A stretch of DNA of 64,000 bases from NCBI GenBank assembly GCA_047285805.1, contig JBJBCN010000002.1:1088001-1152000 (forward strand). Direction: 5' to 3'. Positions 1 through 10,531 of this stretch are shown here, piece after piece. Position numbers and translations under genes: made by a program. The notes under the pieces are model-generated. The model saw only the letters and a program-made list of their open reading frames with translations, was not told where the DNA came from and did not search any database. Positions within the stretch are counted from its first letter, which is position 1; each line of letters opens with the position of its first letter. Origin of the DNA: Synechococcus sp. (GTDB taxonomy: Bacteria; Cyanobacteriota; Cyanobacteriia; PCC-6307; Cyanobiaceae).

Positions 1-43
1 CACCACAGGGCCCCGTTGTCCGACAGAGCCACCAAGGGAGCAC

Positions 44-982
44 TCATCGATCGCGGCTGGTGATGTAGTCAGCCAAGGCCAGCAGGGGCGCCGCCGAGCC
101 AGTGCTGTTGAAGGGCTCGAGCGCCTGCTTGGCTTCCGCCACAAGAACGTCAGCCCGCTGGCGGGATTCCTCCAAACCCAGCAGCTTGGGATAAGTGGTC
201 TTGTCCGCCGTCAGGTCCTTGCCCGCGGTCTTGCCAAGCACCTCGCTGCTGGCGGTGACATCGAGGATGTCGTCGATGATCTGGAAGGCCAGGCCGATCC
301 CGCGCGCGTAGGTAGTCAAGGCCGCCAGGAGGTCATCGGAGGCGCCGGCAATCAAGGCGCCGGTAAGCACGCAGGAGCGCAGCAACGCACCAGTCTTGTG
401 GAGGTGGATGTACTCGAGGGTCTCAAGGTCAACGTCCTTGCCTTCGCATTCGAGATCCACCACCTGGCCGCCCACCAGCCCGGGGGCACCGGAGGCCAAT
501 GAGAGTTCACCCACTACCTTGAGCAACTGCTCGGCGGGAACGCCGGGGCTGCGCAGGGCGACCATCTCAAAGGCCCGGGTCAGCAGGGCATCACCGGCAA
601 GGATGGCGTTGGCCTCGCCGTAGACCTTGTGGTTCGTGGGCATGCCACGGCGCAGGTCGTCGTTGTCCATGGCCGGCAAGTCGTCATGGATCAGCGACAT
701 GGTGTGGATCATCTCCAGGGCCACCGCCGTGGGCATCGCCAAGGCAGCATCACCACCGGCGAGCTCACAGGCTGCTAAGCAGAGGATCGGCCGCAGCCTC
801 TTGCCCCCCGCTAGGAGGGAGTAACGCATTGCCTCCCGCAGGCTCTCGGGACGCTCCGGTCCCAATGAGCCATCGAGGGCCTGCTCCACTCGCTGCCGGG
901 ATGTCTCCAGGTAAGCGGCGAAATCAAAGTGGCTTGGCTCCCCCTTGGAGGTGCTGTCTGTCGTCGTCCCCGCCACGCTCAT
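44..982 (-). CDS. crtE: Geranylgeranyl diphosphate synthase
   Basis: [16 protein letters not shown] and FQIIDDILD polyprenyl synthase motifs; start moved to ATG of MSVAG. Confidence 0.93.
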   Translation of the reverse strand: MSVAGTTTDSTSKGEPSHFDFAAYLETSRQRVEQALDGSLGPERPESLREAMRYSLLAGGKRLRPILCLAACELAGGDAALAMPTAVALEMIHTMSLIHDDLPAMDNDDLRRGMPTNHKVYGEANAILAGDALLTRAFEMVALRSPGVPAEQLLKVVGELSLASGAPGLVGGQVVDLECEGKDVDLETLEYIHLHKTGALLRSCVLTGALIAGASDDLLAALTTYARGIGLAFQIIDDILDVTASSEVLGKTAGKDLTADKTTYPKLLGLEESRQRADVLVAEAKQALEPFNSTGSAAPLLALADYITSRDR

Positions 983-1037
983 GGGAGATCTGGGCCCAGG
1001 GCCATCGCTCGGGCGGATTCTCTCAGGCCACGCCACG

Positions 1038-1934
1038 CTATGGGAGCAAATCCGCCAAGGGCTGATCCAAACCGCAGCGTTGGCACCAGCTGGCCAGGGT
1101 GTTCACCAGCAGCAGGGTCACGGTCATCGGACCGACACCACCTGGCACCGGGGTGATGGCGCAAGCGATCGGCTCCACCTCTTCAAAACGGACATCGCCG
1201 CACAGCTTGGCTTTCTCACCCGGCTCACTGGGCAGGCGATGGATGCCGACATCCACAACGACGGCACCGGGTTTGACGTGTTCCTCGCCAATCATCCGAG
1301 GGCTCCCCGCCGCCACCACCAAGACATCGGCCTGACGGGTAAGGTCCGCCAAGTCTTGGGTGCGGGAATGACCAATGCTCACCGTGGCGTTGGCGGCCTG
1401 GAGCATCAGGGCCATAGGCTGGCCCACCAGGATGCTGCGGCCGACCACCACGGCCCGCTTGCCGGAGAGCTCGACGCCAGCGGCGGCTAGCAGGGCCATG
1501 ACGCCTGCAGGGGTGCAACTGCGGGGTCCGGGTTCACCCTTCAACAAACGGCCAAGATTCAAGGTGTGGAGCCCATCGGCATCCTTCTCGGGGTCGATCG
1601 CAGCCAACAGCGGCCGCTCGTCCAACCCCGCAGGCAGGGGGAGCTGCAGCAGGATTCCATCGACAGCTGGGTCGGCATTGAGCCGTTGGATCGTGCTCAA
1701 GACCTCCGCTGCGGGGGTATCGGCGGGCAGATGTGCACCGAGGTTGGTGATGCCGATACGGCTACAGGCTTTCTCTTTGTTAGCGACATAGACCCCACTG
1801 GCCGGGTCATCCCCCACTCGCAGCACCGCAAGGCCCGGGGGACGCCCCGCTTGGGCCATCCGCTCAGCCACCAGCTGCTCGAGCCGCTCCTCCAACGCTG
1901 CAGCCAACTGACGACCGTCAAGACGCTGAGCCAT
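1038..1934 (-). CDS. folD: Bifunctional methylenetetrahydrofolate dehydrogenase/cyclohydrolase
   Basis: KDADGLH, SCTPAGV and [13 protein letters not shown] motifs. Confidence 0.96.
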   Translation of the reverse strand: MAQRLDGRQLAAALEERLEQLVAERMAQAGRPPGLAVLRVGDDPASGVYVANKEKACSRIGITNLGAHLPADTPAAEVLSTIQRLNADPAVDGILLQLPLPAGLDERPLLAAIDPEKDADGLHTLNLGRLLKGEPGPRSCTPAGVMALLAAAGVELSGKRAVVVGRSILVGQPMALMLQAANATVSIGHSRTQDLADLTRQADVLVVAAGSPRMIGEEHVKPGAVVVDVGIHRLPSEPGEKAKLCGDVRFEEVEPIACAITPVPGGVGPMTVTLLLVNTLASWCQRCGLDQPLADLLP

Positions 1935-1981
1935 GGCGAGGGGCGGGCAATCTTCTCTCAGCATGCAACGGCAGGGCTAGC

Positions 1982-4111
1982 GTGAGGGCCTGTCATGCTC
2001 CCGCCGTGACTCGCCTGAGCACCGTGCACCAGCTCTGGCAACGGCTCCAGCGGCTATGGAAACAACTGTTGCGGCTGGAGATGCCGCGTCAGGTGCTCAC
2101 CCCTTGGAAGCGCGGCGCCAGCGCAGGGGTGGTCCTGACGGCCCTCGTGGTGGCCCTCGTCTCCAGCTGGCCCTGGTTGGTGGAACCGAGCCTGCGGCCG
2201 GGAATTCCTGCTCCGTTCACGGCCAAGGCGCCGAAGGCCGCCACGGTGGTGGACTCCGATGCCCTCGAGCAACGGCGCTCCCAGCTGGGGTTGCGGACCT
2301 ATGTCCAGGTCGTGGATGAGCGCCAGAGCCAAGATCTTGAGGCGCGGCTGGATCGCCAGCTCGAGGCCATCAGCCGCCTGGCGGCGAGTGATCAAGAACA
2401 GGTCGCACCGATCGATATCGCTCCGGCGGAGCGCGCCTGGCTCAAGCGCTCCAGCCGCAGGCAGCTGCTGCGCTGGGAGGGTGAACTACGCCAGGCCCAG
2501 TCGCGCATGTTGCGCCAAGGAGTGGTCGGCAATGTGGCCCGCCAACAGTTGGTCAAGGCGGCTCGCCATCAACTGGAATGGATGCCCGAGCCGGAACTGG
2601 GCCTCGGCGCTCGCCTGATCGCCAATTCACTCCAGGGGCGCACCAACCTGCGCATCGACGCGACCCTGAGTCAGCGAATGCTGGAGGAGCTCCTGACCCA
2701 ACAGGGAATCCCCACCATCCAGGTCAGCAAGGGTGAACTAATTGCCAGGCAGGGGGAACCGATCAGCAAGCAGGCCTACGCGGTGCTGGATTACTTCGGT
2801 CTGGTGAACCGCCGGCCCCTGATTGGCTCTTGGCTGGTGCACTTCAGCGAAGCCTTGGCCGCCTCCAGCGTGATGGTGCTGCTGATCCGGAACCGCAGAG
2901 TCGGCCTGGAGCCCCGGCAGGCCCTGCTCGCCCTCGGCTTGCTCGCCCTAGTCCAAGGGCTCAAGCTCTGGCTGGGCGCCGCCGCCAGCCCCCTGGCCCT
3001 CTTGGTCCCGCCCACGTTGCTGCTCGCCCAGGGACTGGGCACCACCGCTGGCCTGGCCTGGCTGGCAATGGCGAGCCTGCTCTGGCCGCTACCCCTCTCG
3101 CCCTTCTTTGACCAGCGGATCCTGATCGCCGCGGCCGTGGCGGCGATCACCGCCGTCCTCGCGGATCGTCAGCGCAACCGCGCTCAGCTGCTGCAACTTG
3201 CCCTGCTCGTTCCCCTCGGAGCCCTCCTGGCGGAATGGCTGTTGCTGCAGCTAGAGCTCTTCCGGGGTGTTCGCGAGGGGGGCCTCCCGATTGGAGCGGA
3301 CCTCACCGGTGAGGCCTTTGTGCTGGGAGGCCTGCTGCTGGGGGTCCTACTGATCGGCCCCATGGTGGAAAGTTTTTTTGGTCTTCTCACACGCAGCCGC
3401 CTGATGGAGTTAGCGGATCTCGAGCGGCCCCTGCTGCGGCGGCTGTCCTGCGAAGCGCCGGGCACCTTCGAGCACACCCTGATGATCTGCGGGCTGGCGG
3501 AGGAGGGAGCCCGCTCAATAGGTGCCGATATCGACTTGACCCGCACCGGGGCGCTGTATCACGACGTGGGCAAACTCCATGGCCCCCAGTGGTTCATTGA
3601 AAACCAGGAAGGGGGCGACAACCCCCACGACCAACTGGATGACCCGCAACTGAGTGCCGGAATCCTCCAGGCCCACGTAGATGAGGGGCTCAAGCTCGCC
3701 AAGCGGCACCGGCTGCCGAAGCCTCTGGCGGACTTCATCCCAGAGCACCAGGGCACCTTGAAGATGGGCTACTTCCTGCATGAGGCCCGCCGGCGCGACC
3801 CCAACATCCGCGAAGAGGACTTCCGCTACCGCGGCCCCACCCCCCGCAGCCGCGAAACGGCGGTGCTGATGTTGGCCGACGGCTGTGAAGCCGCCCTGCG
3901 ATCCCTGCCCCCGGACACCAGCGAGAACCAAGCCCGAGATGTCGTGCGCAGCATCGTGGAAGCCCGCTGGCGCGACGGACAACTCACGGGCAGTGGCCTG
4001 ACCCCGGCAGAGTTGGAGATATTGGTCCGCGCCTTTGTCAGGGTGTGGCGGCGGATGCGCCATCGCCGCATCCCCTATCCGATACCCACCCGCAAGAGTT
4101 TCAGCGCCTGA
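1982..4111 (+). CDS. 7TM-HD (HDIG) membrane phosphohydrolase, PgpH-like
   Basis: Extracellular domain, TM helices, then EAPGTFEH, YHDVGK, FIENQ, EHQGT and MLADGCEAA. Confidence 0.9.
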   Translation: MRACHAPAVTRLSTVHQLWQRLQRLWKQLLRLEMPRQVLTPWKRGASAGVVLTALVVALVSSWPWLVEPSLRPGIPAPFTAKAPKAATVVDSDALEQRRSQLGLRTYVQVVDERQSQDLEARLDRQLEAISRLAASDQEQVAPIDIAPAERAWLKRSSRRQLLRWEGELRQAQSRMLRQGVVGNVARQQLVKAARHQLEWMPEPELGLGARLIANSLQGRTNLRIDATLSQRMLEELLTQQGIPTIQVSKGELIARQGEPISKQAYAVLDYFGLVNRRPLIGSWLVHFSEALAASSVMVLLIRNRRVGLEPRQALLALGLLALVQGLKLWLGAAASPLALLVPPTLLLAQGLGTTAGLAWLAMASLLWPLPLSPFFDQRILIAAAVAAITAVLADRQRNRAQLLQLALLVPLGALLAEWLLLQLELFRGVREGGLPIGADLTGEAFVLGGLLLGVLLIGPMVESFFGLLTRSRLMELADLERPLLRRLSCEAPGTFEHTLMICGLAEEGARSIGADIDLTRTGALYHDVGKLHGPQWFIENQEGGDNPHDQLDDPQLSAGILQAHVDEGLKLAKRHRLPKPLADFIPEHQGTLKMGYFLHEARRRDPNIREEDFRYRGPTPRSRETAVLMLADGCEAALRSLPPDTSENQARDVVRSIVEARWRDGQLTGSGLTPAELEILVRAFVRVWRRMRHRRIPYPIPTRKSFSA

Positions 4112-5409
4112 TGTCCTTCAACCGCTGGCAGAACGCCTGGTTCCCGGTGGCGTTTCTGCAGGACATCGATCGCGATCGCCCCAAGCCCTTCACCCTGGTC
4201 GGCCAGGACCTGGTGCTCTGGTTCGACCGGCAAGCGAGCGCCTGGCGAGCCTTTGCCGATGTCTGCCCCCACCGACTCGTTCCGCTCTCCGAGGGACGCC
4301 TGAACGCCTCCGGTGAGCTGGAGTGTCCTTATCACGGTTGGACCTTTGATGGCTCGGGCCGCTGCACGGCCCAGCCCCAAGCAGAAGCCGGAAGCAGCTT
4401 CAGTGGACGCAGCCACTGCCGCTCCTACGCGACGGCCACCGCCCAGGGATTGCTATTTGTCTTCAGCGGCCCCAGCGAAGACGCGAGCGAGCAGCCCCTG
4501 CCGCTAGTGCCGGAACTCGAGGACGCGGGATGGGTCGTGCAGGACACCTTCAGGGACCTGCCGATGGATGCCCTGACCCTGCTGGAGAATGTGCTAGACG
4601 CCAGCCACGTTCCCTTCACCCACCACGCCACGGTGGGGCGCCGGGAGAACGCCGCGCCGGTCAACCTCGCCTTGACGGCCTTCGATCGCCAGGGCTTTAG
4701 CGGCCTCTGGGAGGAGGGCCCGAGGCGGGGAAAGCTAGGCAGCCAGCAGACCCGCTTCCTGGCTCCAGGGCTGATGTGGCATGACCTCACCGCCAAGGGG
4801 TTTGCCCGGATCCTGACGGTTGTCTATGCGGTGCCGACCCGAGCCCGGGAATGCCGCTTAATCGCCCGCTTCCCCTTCCAATTCAGTTCCCCCTGGCCGG
4901 GGCGCCTGCTGCGCCTGCGCCCCCAATGGCTACAGCACATCGGCAATCACACCGTGCTGGAGGACGACCAACTGTTTCTGCATTGGCAAGAGCGGGTGAT
5001 CGAGCAGCGGGGCGGCCGGCATGTCGCCCTCCGCCAGTACCACCTGCCCACCCAGGCAGACCTCTATGTCCGAGCACTCCATGACTGGGTAAATCGCTAC
5101 GGCGGCGAGCCATTCCCTGGCACACGCCTACCCGCACGGCAAAACCGGCAGGAGCTGATGGAACGCTTTGAGGCCCACACCCGCCATTGCCGCAGCTGCT
5201 CCGGCGCCGATAAACGGTTGAAACGTCTCCAACCGATCTGCTGGATCCTGGTGGCTGTGGCAGGGCTGACTGCAGCCTGGAGTGGTCCTGGGGCCTCTGG
5301 AGGGCTCGCGCTGGCAGCGGGCGGCGCCCTAGCCCTCGCCGCCTGGCGGATTAGGCGCTGGCGCCAACTTCTGGGCGCTGGCTCGGGTTTGCCTCCCCGC
5401 AACCGCTAG
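4111..5409 (+). CDS. Rieske 2Fe-2S oxygenase, pheophorbide a oxygenase-like
   Basis: CPHR...CPYHGW Rieske motif, ENVLDASHVPFTHH iron site, C-terminal CxxC; ATG overlaps upstream TGA. Confidence 0.9.
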   Translation: MSFNRWQNAWFPVAFLQDIDRDRPKPFTLVGQDLVLWFDRQASAWRAFADVCPHRLVPLSEGRLNASGELECPYHGWTFDGSGRCTAQPQAEAGSSFSGRSHCRSYATATAQGLLFVFSGPSEDASEQPLPLVPELEDAGWVVQDTFRDLPMDALTLLENVLDASHVPFTHHATVGRRENAAPVNLALTAFDRQGFSGLWEEGPRRGKLGSQQTRFLAPGLMWHDLTAKGFARILTVVYAVPTRARECRLIARFPFQFSSPWPGRLLRLRPQWLQHIGNHTVLEDDQLFLHWQERVIEQRGGRHVALRQYHLPTQADLYVRALHDWVNRYGGEPFPGTRLPARQNRQELMERFEAHTRHCRSCSGADKRLKRLQPICWILVAVAGLTAAWSGPGASGGLALAAGGALALAAWRIRRWRQLLGAGSGLPPRNR

Positions 5410-6038
5410 GGCAAAACAAAGGGCACGGCGGACTCAAAGGCCATCCAGCGACCATCACTGGGGTGACTGAACGCCAAAGCGCAGGCGTGCAAATGCAACC
5501 GCGCCGCCGGCGTCTCGCCATAGAGCGGGTCACCCAAGATCGGATGACCCAACGCTTGAAGATGCACGCGCAACTGATGGGAGCGACCGGTCAGGGGCTG
5601 CAACGCCAGTCGACTGCAGCCGGAATGCTGGTCCAACAGCTGCCATCCCGTCCGGCAGGGTTTGCCCGCAAGATCGACGCCATACAGCGGCGGCCGGTGT
5701 TGGCACTTGGCAATGGGGTACACGATCCAGCCCTGCCCCTCGGTGGGCACGCCGGACACGTCGGCCACGTAACGCTTCTCCACCTGCCGATCGGCAAAGG
5801 AAACGCTCAACTGCCGATGAACCGCCGCGGATCGGGCTACGACCATCAGGCCCGAGGTGTCGCGATCGAGGCGATGGACCAGGCGTGCTTCAGGCCACTG
5901 GGACTGCACAGCCGTGATCAAGGAAGCCGACAACCCTGGACCTAGGCCCGGCTGGGACAGCAAACCACTGGGCTTCTCGAGCACCAACAGCGCCGGGTCG
6001 GCATGCACCAGCCAATTGGAATCGAACAACGTAGGCAC
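5406..6038 (-). CDS. RluA-family pseudouridine synthase
   Basis: VHRLDRDTSG, TGRSHQLRVH and GDPLYG. Confidence 0.93.
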   Translation of the reverse strand: MPTLFDSNWLVHADPALLVLEKPSGLLSQPGLGPGLSASLITAVQSQWPEARLVHRLDRDTSGLMVVARSAAVHRQLSVSFADRQVEKRYVADVSGVPTEGQGWIVYPIAKCQHRPPLYGVDLAGKPCRTGWQLLDQHSGCSRLALQPLTGRSHQLRVHLQALGHPILGDPLYGETPAARLHLHACALAFSHPSDGRWMAFESAVPFVLP

Positions 6039-6082
6039 GAATGCTCGACCCTGGCCAGACTGGCCCCAGTCCTAGCTGGGCC

Positions 6083-6454
6083 ATGGCACTCGATTCGTTC
6101 AAACAGGCTCTCGCCGCGTTACTCGAACAGGCACCCGAGGATCACCTCGAGCGGGACGAGTATTTCGAGTTGAACACCCTCCCGAGCTACGGCGGCAGTG
6201 GCTTTGAGGTGGTGATGTGCGATGAGGAGCACGAGATCTTCGCGGTGATCTACACCGACCGCCTCTTTGAGGAAGGTGAGGAGGGACAAGAGGCCGTCGA
6301 AGCCCTGGTGCCTGACTTCCTCCAGGCGGCATACAGCCTTAGCCCCGAGGAGTGGAAAGCGACCGAACCCTTCGACCTTGGCTGGCGCAGCCGCGAATAC
6401 CTCTGGTTCATGGAGTTCAGCGTGCCGGGGCTCAAACCCACCTGCAGCTTCTGA
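6083..6454 (+). CDS. Hypothetical acidic protein
   Basis: Clean ORF filling the gap, core-like codon usage. Confidence 0.6.
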   Translation: MALDSFKQALAALLEQAPEDHLERDEYFELNTLPSYGGSGFEVVMCDEEHEIFAVIYTDRLFEEGEEGQEAVEALVPDFLQAAYSLSPEEWKATEPFDLGWRSREYLWFMEFSVPGLKPTCSF

Positions 6455-6460
6455 AGCTCA

Positions 6461-6799
6461 TCAAGAGCTCCACTGGAGCAGCTGAAGCTCACTGGAACGC
6501 CGACTGATCAACACCAACTGATCCCCTTCGAACGCCACAGGTAAGCCTGCAACCCGGCGCAGTTGCTGGCGATCCAGCAAGGCCACACCACAGGTTTCGA
6601 CCAGCAGCGCTGGCATCAAGCCCGGGGAGCCGCGCATCCCGAACAAATCCAGCGCCTGGCGTACGGCGCGGGAGGAGGTGTCGCTGCCGAGGCGCCCCAC
6701 CATCTGGGGCCAAAGGTGATTCACGGGTTCAAAACCCGAGAGATCTAGGTCGAATAGCTGCATCGGCTCACTGTCTGACCGCGGGCGGACCCGGGTCAA
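6461..6799 (-). CDS. Conserved picocyanobacterial hypothetical protein
   Basis: Overlaps the stop of the upstream SepF-like gene; RQALDL...LVETCG pattern. Confidence 0.65.
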   Translation of the reverse strand: MTRVRPRSDSEPMQLFDLDLSGFEPVNHLWPQMVGRLGSDTSSRAVRQALDLFGMRGSPGLMPALLVETCGVALLDRQQLRRVAGLPVAFEGDQLVLISRRSSELQLLQWSS

Positions 6800-7077
6800 G
6801 CCCGATTCAGCTGGACGTAATGGGGGGCATAGAGAAAGACCCGCTCGCCCAGTCGCACCTGCTGGGCGTCTAGGGCCACCGCTGCCCCCGAGAGAAAGTC
6901 AACGGCCCGCTGCAGTTGGAACTCGGGCAACGCGCTCAAGTTAACCAGCACCGTGGCCTGGTCCCGCAGGGCTGTGATCGCCTCTTGTACCGCATCAAAA
7001 CTGGGCGGATGGATCACGATCACCTCCGGGCCCCAGCCCGGAGTGTCCTGATCAGATCGCGGCAGAAACGGGTCCAT
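6796..7077 (-). CDS. SepF-family cell division protein
   Basis: VLVNL...QRAVDFLSGA...VFLYAP SepF core. Confidence 0.82.
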   Translation of the reverse strand: MDPFLPRSDQDTPGWGPEVIVIHPPSFDAVQEAITALRDQATVLVNLSALPEFQLQRAVDFLSGAAVALDAQQVRLGERVFLYAPHYVQLNRA

Positions 7078-7093
7078 CAGCGCCTCAGGTCCT

Positions 7094-7372
7094 TCAGCTC
7101 TCGGCTTCAGGTTCGTCGGGTTGAACCTCGTGGGGCAGGAAACGCTCCAACATTTCGGCCGTGGGACGAATCGTCTCGAGGGCGTCTTCGTTGTCGAGGA
7201 AGGCCTCGAACGAGCGGAAGCGGCAAATCGTGGGTTCGATCTCGGGATCGCTGCAGACCTCTTCCCAGCTGAGATGCTTCGGCCTGAGCTCCTGGAAATG
7301 GGTCAACGCCTCCTCCAGATCACCAGCATCACCGCAGTTCTCCCCCTTCCAGAGCAACTCAAAAAAGGTCAC
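7094..7372 (-). CDS. Conserved hypothetical protein
   Basis: ORF co-oriented with neighbours; SFEAFLDNED. Confidence 0.65.
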   Translation of the reverse strand: MTFFELLWKGENCGDAGDLEEALTHFQELRPKHLSWEEVCSDPEIEPTICRFRSFEAFLDNEDALETIRPTAEMLERFLPHEVQPDEPEAES

Positions 7373-7417
7373 AGCAACTGGCGATCAGGTGGGCTGAGCC
7401 TACGAATAACCAGGCAC

Positions 7418-7448
7418 AAAAAAGCTGGACCACAGCAGTGACCCAGCT
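7418..7448 (-). terminator. Rho-independent terminator after the cyAbrB gene
   Basis: Minus strand AGCTGGGTCAC-TGCT-GTGGTCCAGCT followed by a T-run. Confidence 0.6.
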
Positions 7449-7473
7449 GTGCTTCGAAAAAGTGGCTAAAGGC

Positions 7474-7839
7474 TCAGTCCTCTTCGGCTTCAGCGCCTGC
7501 GGGGATCAATTTGATCTGCTTGCGGCCGAGCTTGATCTCGAATTCGTCGCCGGGCTCCAAACCGAGCAGAGCCGTGTAGGCCTTACCAACCAGGAGGTTG
7601 CCGTTGCCCTGGACCGTGGCGACATAGCTGAGCTTGCGGCCGCCCTTGCCGGTACCGCCGCCGCCACCGCCAATGCTGAGGCCCTTGGCCTCCAGCAGTG
7701 CCTCATAAAACGCGGTGAAGTTCAGACGCTCCGAACCATCCTTCTTGTTGCTGACGTAACCGCAGGAGCGCACAAGATCAGACTTGCTGACATCACCCAG
7801 CTCTTTGACCTTGGAGAGAAGATCAGATCCGGTGAGCAT
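7474..7839 (-). CDS. Cyanobacterial AbrB-like transcriptional regulator (cyAbrB)
   Basis: MLTGSDLL...FYEALLEAKG...VQGNGNLLVGKAYT. Confidence 0.92.
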   Translation of the reverse strand: MLTGSDLLSKVKELGDVSKSDLVRSCGYVSNKKDGSERLNFTAFYEALLEAKGLSIGGGGGGTGKGGRKLSYVATVQGNGNLLVGKAYTALLGLEPGDEFEIKLGRKQIKLIPAGAEAEED

Positions 7840-7950
7840 TGAATAGAGATTCGATTGTCGAAAAGATAGCGAGCGAAACAGCACTGACCCAAGGGGATGG
7901 TGTGCATGAAGAGACATTGCACACTCAAGCCACATCAATCGAGCTCCCTA

Positions 7951-8175
7951 ATGTCAAGCCAGACACAGCCGTTGACCATGATCGTTGGCGAAGTTTTTCT
8001 CGAGAGTGTCTCGACCGGCGTGATCACAGCTGAAGAAATCACCTGGATTACAACCAAGCAAACTCAGTTCGACCGGCAAGAGGAGGCGATGGCCCTCAAG
8101 CTCGGTCGCCTGCTCGATGAAGGCGTGATCCAAATCGGCTGCCGAATGCTCGGGGAGCACGCGGCCTCGGCCTAA
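7951..8175 (+). CDS. Conserved small hypothetical protein
   Basis: GEVFLE...FDRQEEAMALKLGRLLDEG; start uncertain (7951 or 7978). Confidence 0.7.
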   Translation: MSSQTQPLTMIVGEVFLESVSTGVITAEEITWITTKQTQFDRQEEAMALKLGRLLDEGVIQIGCRMLGEHAASA

Positions 8176-8648
8176 ATCAGCCTGGGATGATTGGGATCCC
8201 CTTTGAAGGGGCCTACCACCCCTGAAGTGATCCAGCCGCCGTAAAAACCGCCGGGCTGCGGACGCACCTGCTCTCCGTCGATCCAGCAGCTATCCATGAG
8301 GCGGGGATACAGCGCAATACATCCAGCAATCGGCGCAAAGCTTGGGGTGGGGTTGGCATAGCTCCAGGCCGCCTTGGCCAAGCAGCGATCGCCCAAGACA
8401 ATGTCGAAATAGCTGGCGATCCCCTTCCACTCACAAAAGCTGCGGCTGCCAACTGGGACCAAGGCGCCTTCCGCGAAGAACTCCGCTGGCAAGTAGTAGG
8501 TGGGTGGATGGAAGGTCTCCAGCACACGAAAACTGTTCCTGGTCTCCGCCAAAAGCTGCCCGAAGGCGCGCACCACGATGTGCTGGCTGGAAGCCTGCAA
8601 AGCCGGAGGCCGGGGGTACTCGCAAACGCGTTCTGGCGTGGATGGCAT
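8172..8648 (-). CDS. DUF427 family protein
   Basis: VLETFHPPTYY, SFCEWKG and FYGGWIT. Confidence 0.88.
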   Translation of the reverse strand: MPSTPERVCEYPRPPALQASSQHIVVRAFGQLLAETRNSFRVLETFHPPTYYLPAEFFAEGALVPVGSRSFCEWKGIASYFDIVLGDRCLAKAAWSYANPTPSFAPIAGCIALYPRLMDSCWIDGEQVRPQPGGFYGGWITSGVVGPFKGDPNHPRLI

Positions 8649-8659
8649 CAGGGGAGCCC

Positions 8660-8905
8660 TCAACCCGGAATGAAATTGCGCAACTTGCGTGCTTCCGTAC
8701 CAGCGCGCTGCTGGAGTTCGGCGTCGCTCAGCTGATCGTCTTCACGCACCATGGCCGCGATCACATCGGACTCCTCCACCTGGAACTGGTACTCCGCCGC
8801 CAAGCGCAGCAGGTCACGGAGATCCATCGGTGTCTTCAGCCGTTCCGCTAACTCCGGCTGCGAGCGGGCGAACTTTAGAAAGGCATCCAACTGCTGAAGC
8901 GACAC
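8660..8905 (-). CDS. Nif11-like leader-peptide domain protein
   Basis: GTG start, SLQQLDAFL...LSDAEL Nif11 pattern; no GG cleavage site or Cys-containing core. Confidence 0.75.
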   Translation of the reverse strand: MSLQQLDAFLKFARSQPELAERLKTPMDLRDLLRLAAEYQFQVEESDVIAAMVREDDQLSDAELQQRAGTEARKLRNFIPG

Positions 8906-9005
8906 GACCCTGCAATGCACCTGGACCTGAACCTGGTCTAACGGACGCCAGCCCTCGTCAAAGGGCGGATCGCGCAGCAAACTTGCCCAAGAGACGTGCA
9001 CAGGC

Positions 9006-9371
9006 ATGGCCACCCCCCTTCCCCAATGGATGCGCCTGCTGGGTGGCGGGCTCACGGGGCTGCTGGCCGTGTTGTTTGTGGTGGTGCTGCAGCAGACCCG
9101 TGAACAGGGCCAACGGCTGCAACAACTGCAGGACAAGGTGCAGACCATCGAGAACGCCAACGACCTGGAGCGCACCAACGCCCTCGAAGAACAGCTCCGC
9201 TCGACGGTGGAGCGCCTGCAGACCCTGGAGGGCATCGAACAGAAGGTCCAAAGCTTGAGCAGCCAGGTGCAAACCCTGAGGGATCTGCAGCGGAGCCGGT
9301 CCTCGCTATTCCCCTACGACTCCAACGAGCCCGGACTGCGCTCTCTCCCTGCCCTGCCCCAACTGCCCTAA
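9006..9371 (+). CDS. Membrane-anchored coiled-coil hypothetical protein
   Basis: N-terminal TM helix followed by Q/L/E-rich heptads. Confidence 0.7.
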   Translation: MATPLPQWMRLLGGGLTGLLAVLFVVVLQQTREQGQRLQQLQDKVQTIENANDLERTNALEEQLRSTVERLQTLEGIEQKVQSLSSQVQTLRDLQRSRSSLFPYDSNEPGLRSLPALPQLP

Positions 9372-9379
9372 ATGCAGGG

Positions 9380-10531
9380 ATGACCAGCGCCAGGCGATTC
9401 CAGCAGATCCAGACACCGGTCATCCCCGTGATGGCCCAACTGATCGCAGCCACCCCCGGGACCCTGTCGCTTGGGCAAGGCGTCGCGCCCTGGGAGCCGC
9501 CGCCGCAGGTGATCGAAGCCATTCAGGGCGCCCTCCACAACGATCACGACCTACACCGCTATGGACCGGTGGCCGGGGACCCAGAGCTTCGGACCGAGCT
9601 GCAGGACTGGCTTGAGCAACAGCATCAGATCGACTGCAGCGCTAGCGAAATCCTGATCACCGCCGGCAGCAACATGGCTTTCCAGGCGGTGGTGCAGGCC
9701 CTGTGTGACCCGGGGGATGAAGTCATCTTTCCGGTCCCCTTTTACTTCAACCACGAGATGGCCGTCCGCATCGCCGGTGGCAGTCCGGTGGCGATAGACG
9801 CCGGCGTGATCCCTGACCCCGATCGGCTGGAGCAGGCCATCAGCGCGCGCACGAGAGCGATCGTCACGGTCTCCCCAAACAACCCCAGCGGGGCCATTCT
9901 TCCAAGGCCCGTCCTGGAGGCCATCAACCAGCTCTGCGCCCGCCGCGGCCTCATCCACATCAGCGATGAGGCCTACGCCCTCTTCCACTACGGAGCCGTG
10001 CGGCCCTGGAGCCCCGGTGCTGCAAGCGGAAGCGGCGGTCATACCGTCAGCCTTGGCTCCCTCTCCAAAAGCCACGGCATGGCGGGCTATCGCATCGGTT
10101 GGGCCGTGGTGCCACCAGGCTTGATGTCCGCACTGACCAAGGTTCAGGACACATCCCTGATCGGGCCGCCAAAACTGAACCAATGGGCGGCCCGTGCGGC
10201 TTTGGCCGCAGGGGCGCCCTGGTGCCAAGCAAAGATCGCTGGCCTGGCCGAACGGCGGGAGCAGGTCCTCCAAGCCTTCAATGGGCAGCAGCCCGGCCGA
10301 CTGCTCTGCCCACCGGAGGGTGCCTTCTACGCCTTGCTGCAGGTGGAGTGCGCTCTCAGCGCTGACAAGCTCATGGAGCGGCTGATCCGCGAGCACCGCG
10401 TGGCCTTAGCCAGTGGAAGCAGCTTTGGACTTCAGGGAGCCTGCCTGCGCCTGAGCTACGGGATGCTCAGCGGCGACGACCTCGGCGAGGCCCTGCGGCG
10501 GCTTCAAGGGGGGCTACTGGCCTTGAGCTAA
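9380..10531 (+). CDS. Class I/II PLP-dependent aminotransferase
   Basis: SPNNPSG, SDEAY and SLSKSHGMAGYRIG. Confidence 0.93.
   Translation: MTSARRFQQIQTPVIPVMAQLIAATPGTLSLGQGVAPWEPPPQVIEAIQGALHNDHDLHRYGPVAGDPELRTELQDWLEQQHQIDCSASEILITAGSNMAFQAVVQALCDPGDEVIFPVPFYFNHEMAVRIAGGSPVAIDAGVIPDPDRLEQAISARTRAIVTVSPNNPSGAILPRPVLEAINQLCARRGLIHISDEAYALFHYGAVRPWSPGAASGSGGHTVSLGSLSKSHGMAGYRIGWAVVPPGLMSALTKVQDTSLIGPPKLNQWAARAALAAGAPWCQAKIAGLAERREQVLQAFNGQQPGRLLCPPEGAFYALLQVECALSADKLMERLIREHRVALASGSSFGLQGACLRLSYGMLSGDDLGEALRRLQGGLLALS

Noticed and set aside
8660..8905. Nif11 protein as a lanthipeptide precursor
   Set aside because: No double-glycine site, no Cys in the C-terminus and no LanM or dedicated transporter in the window.
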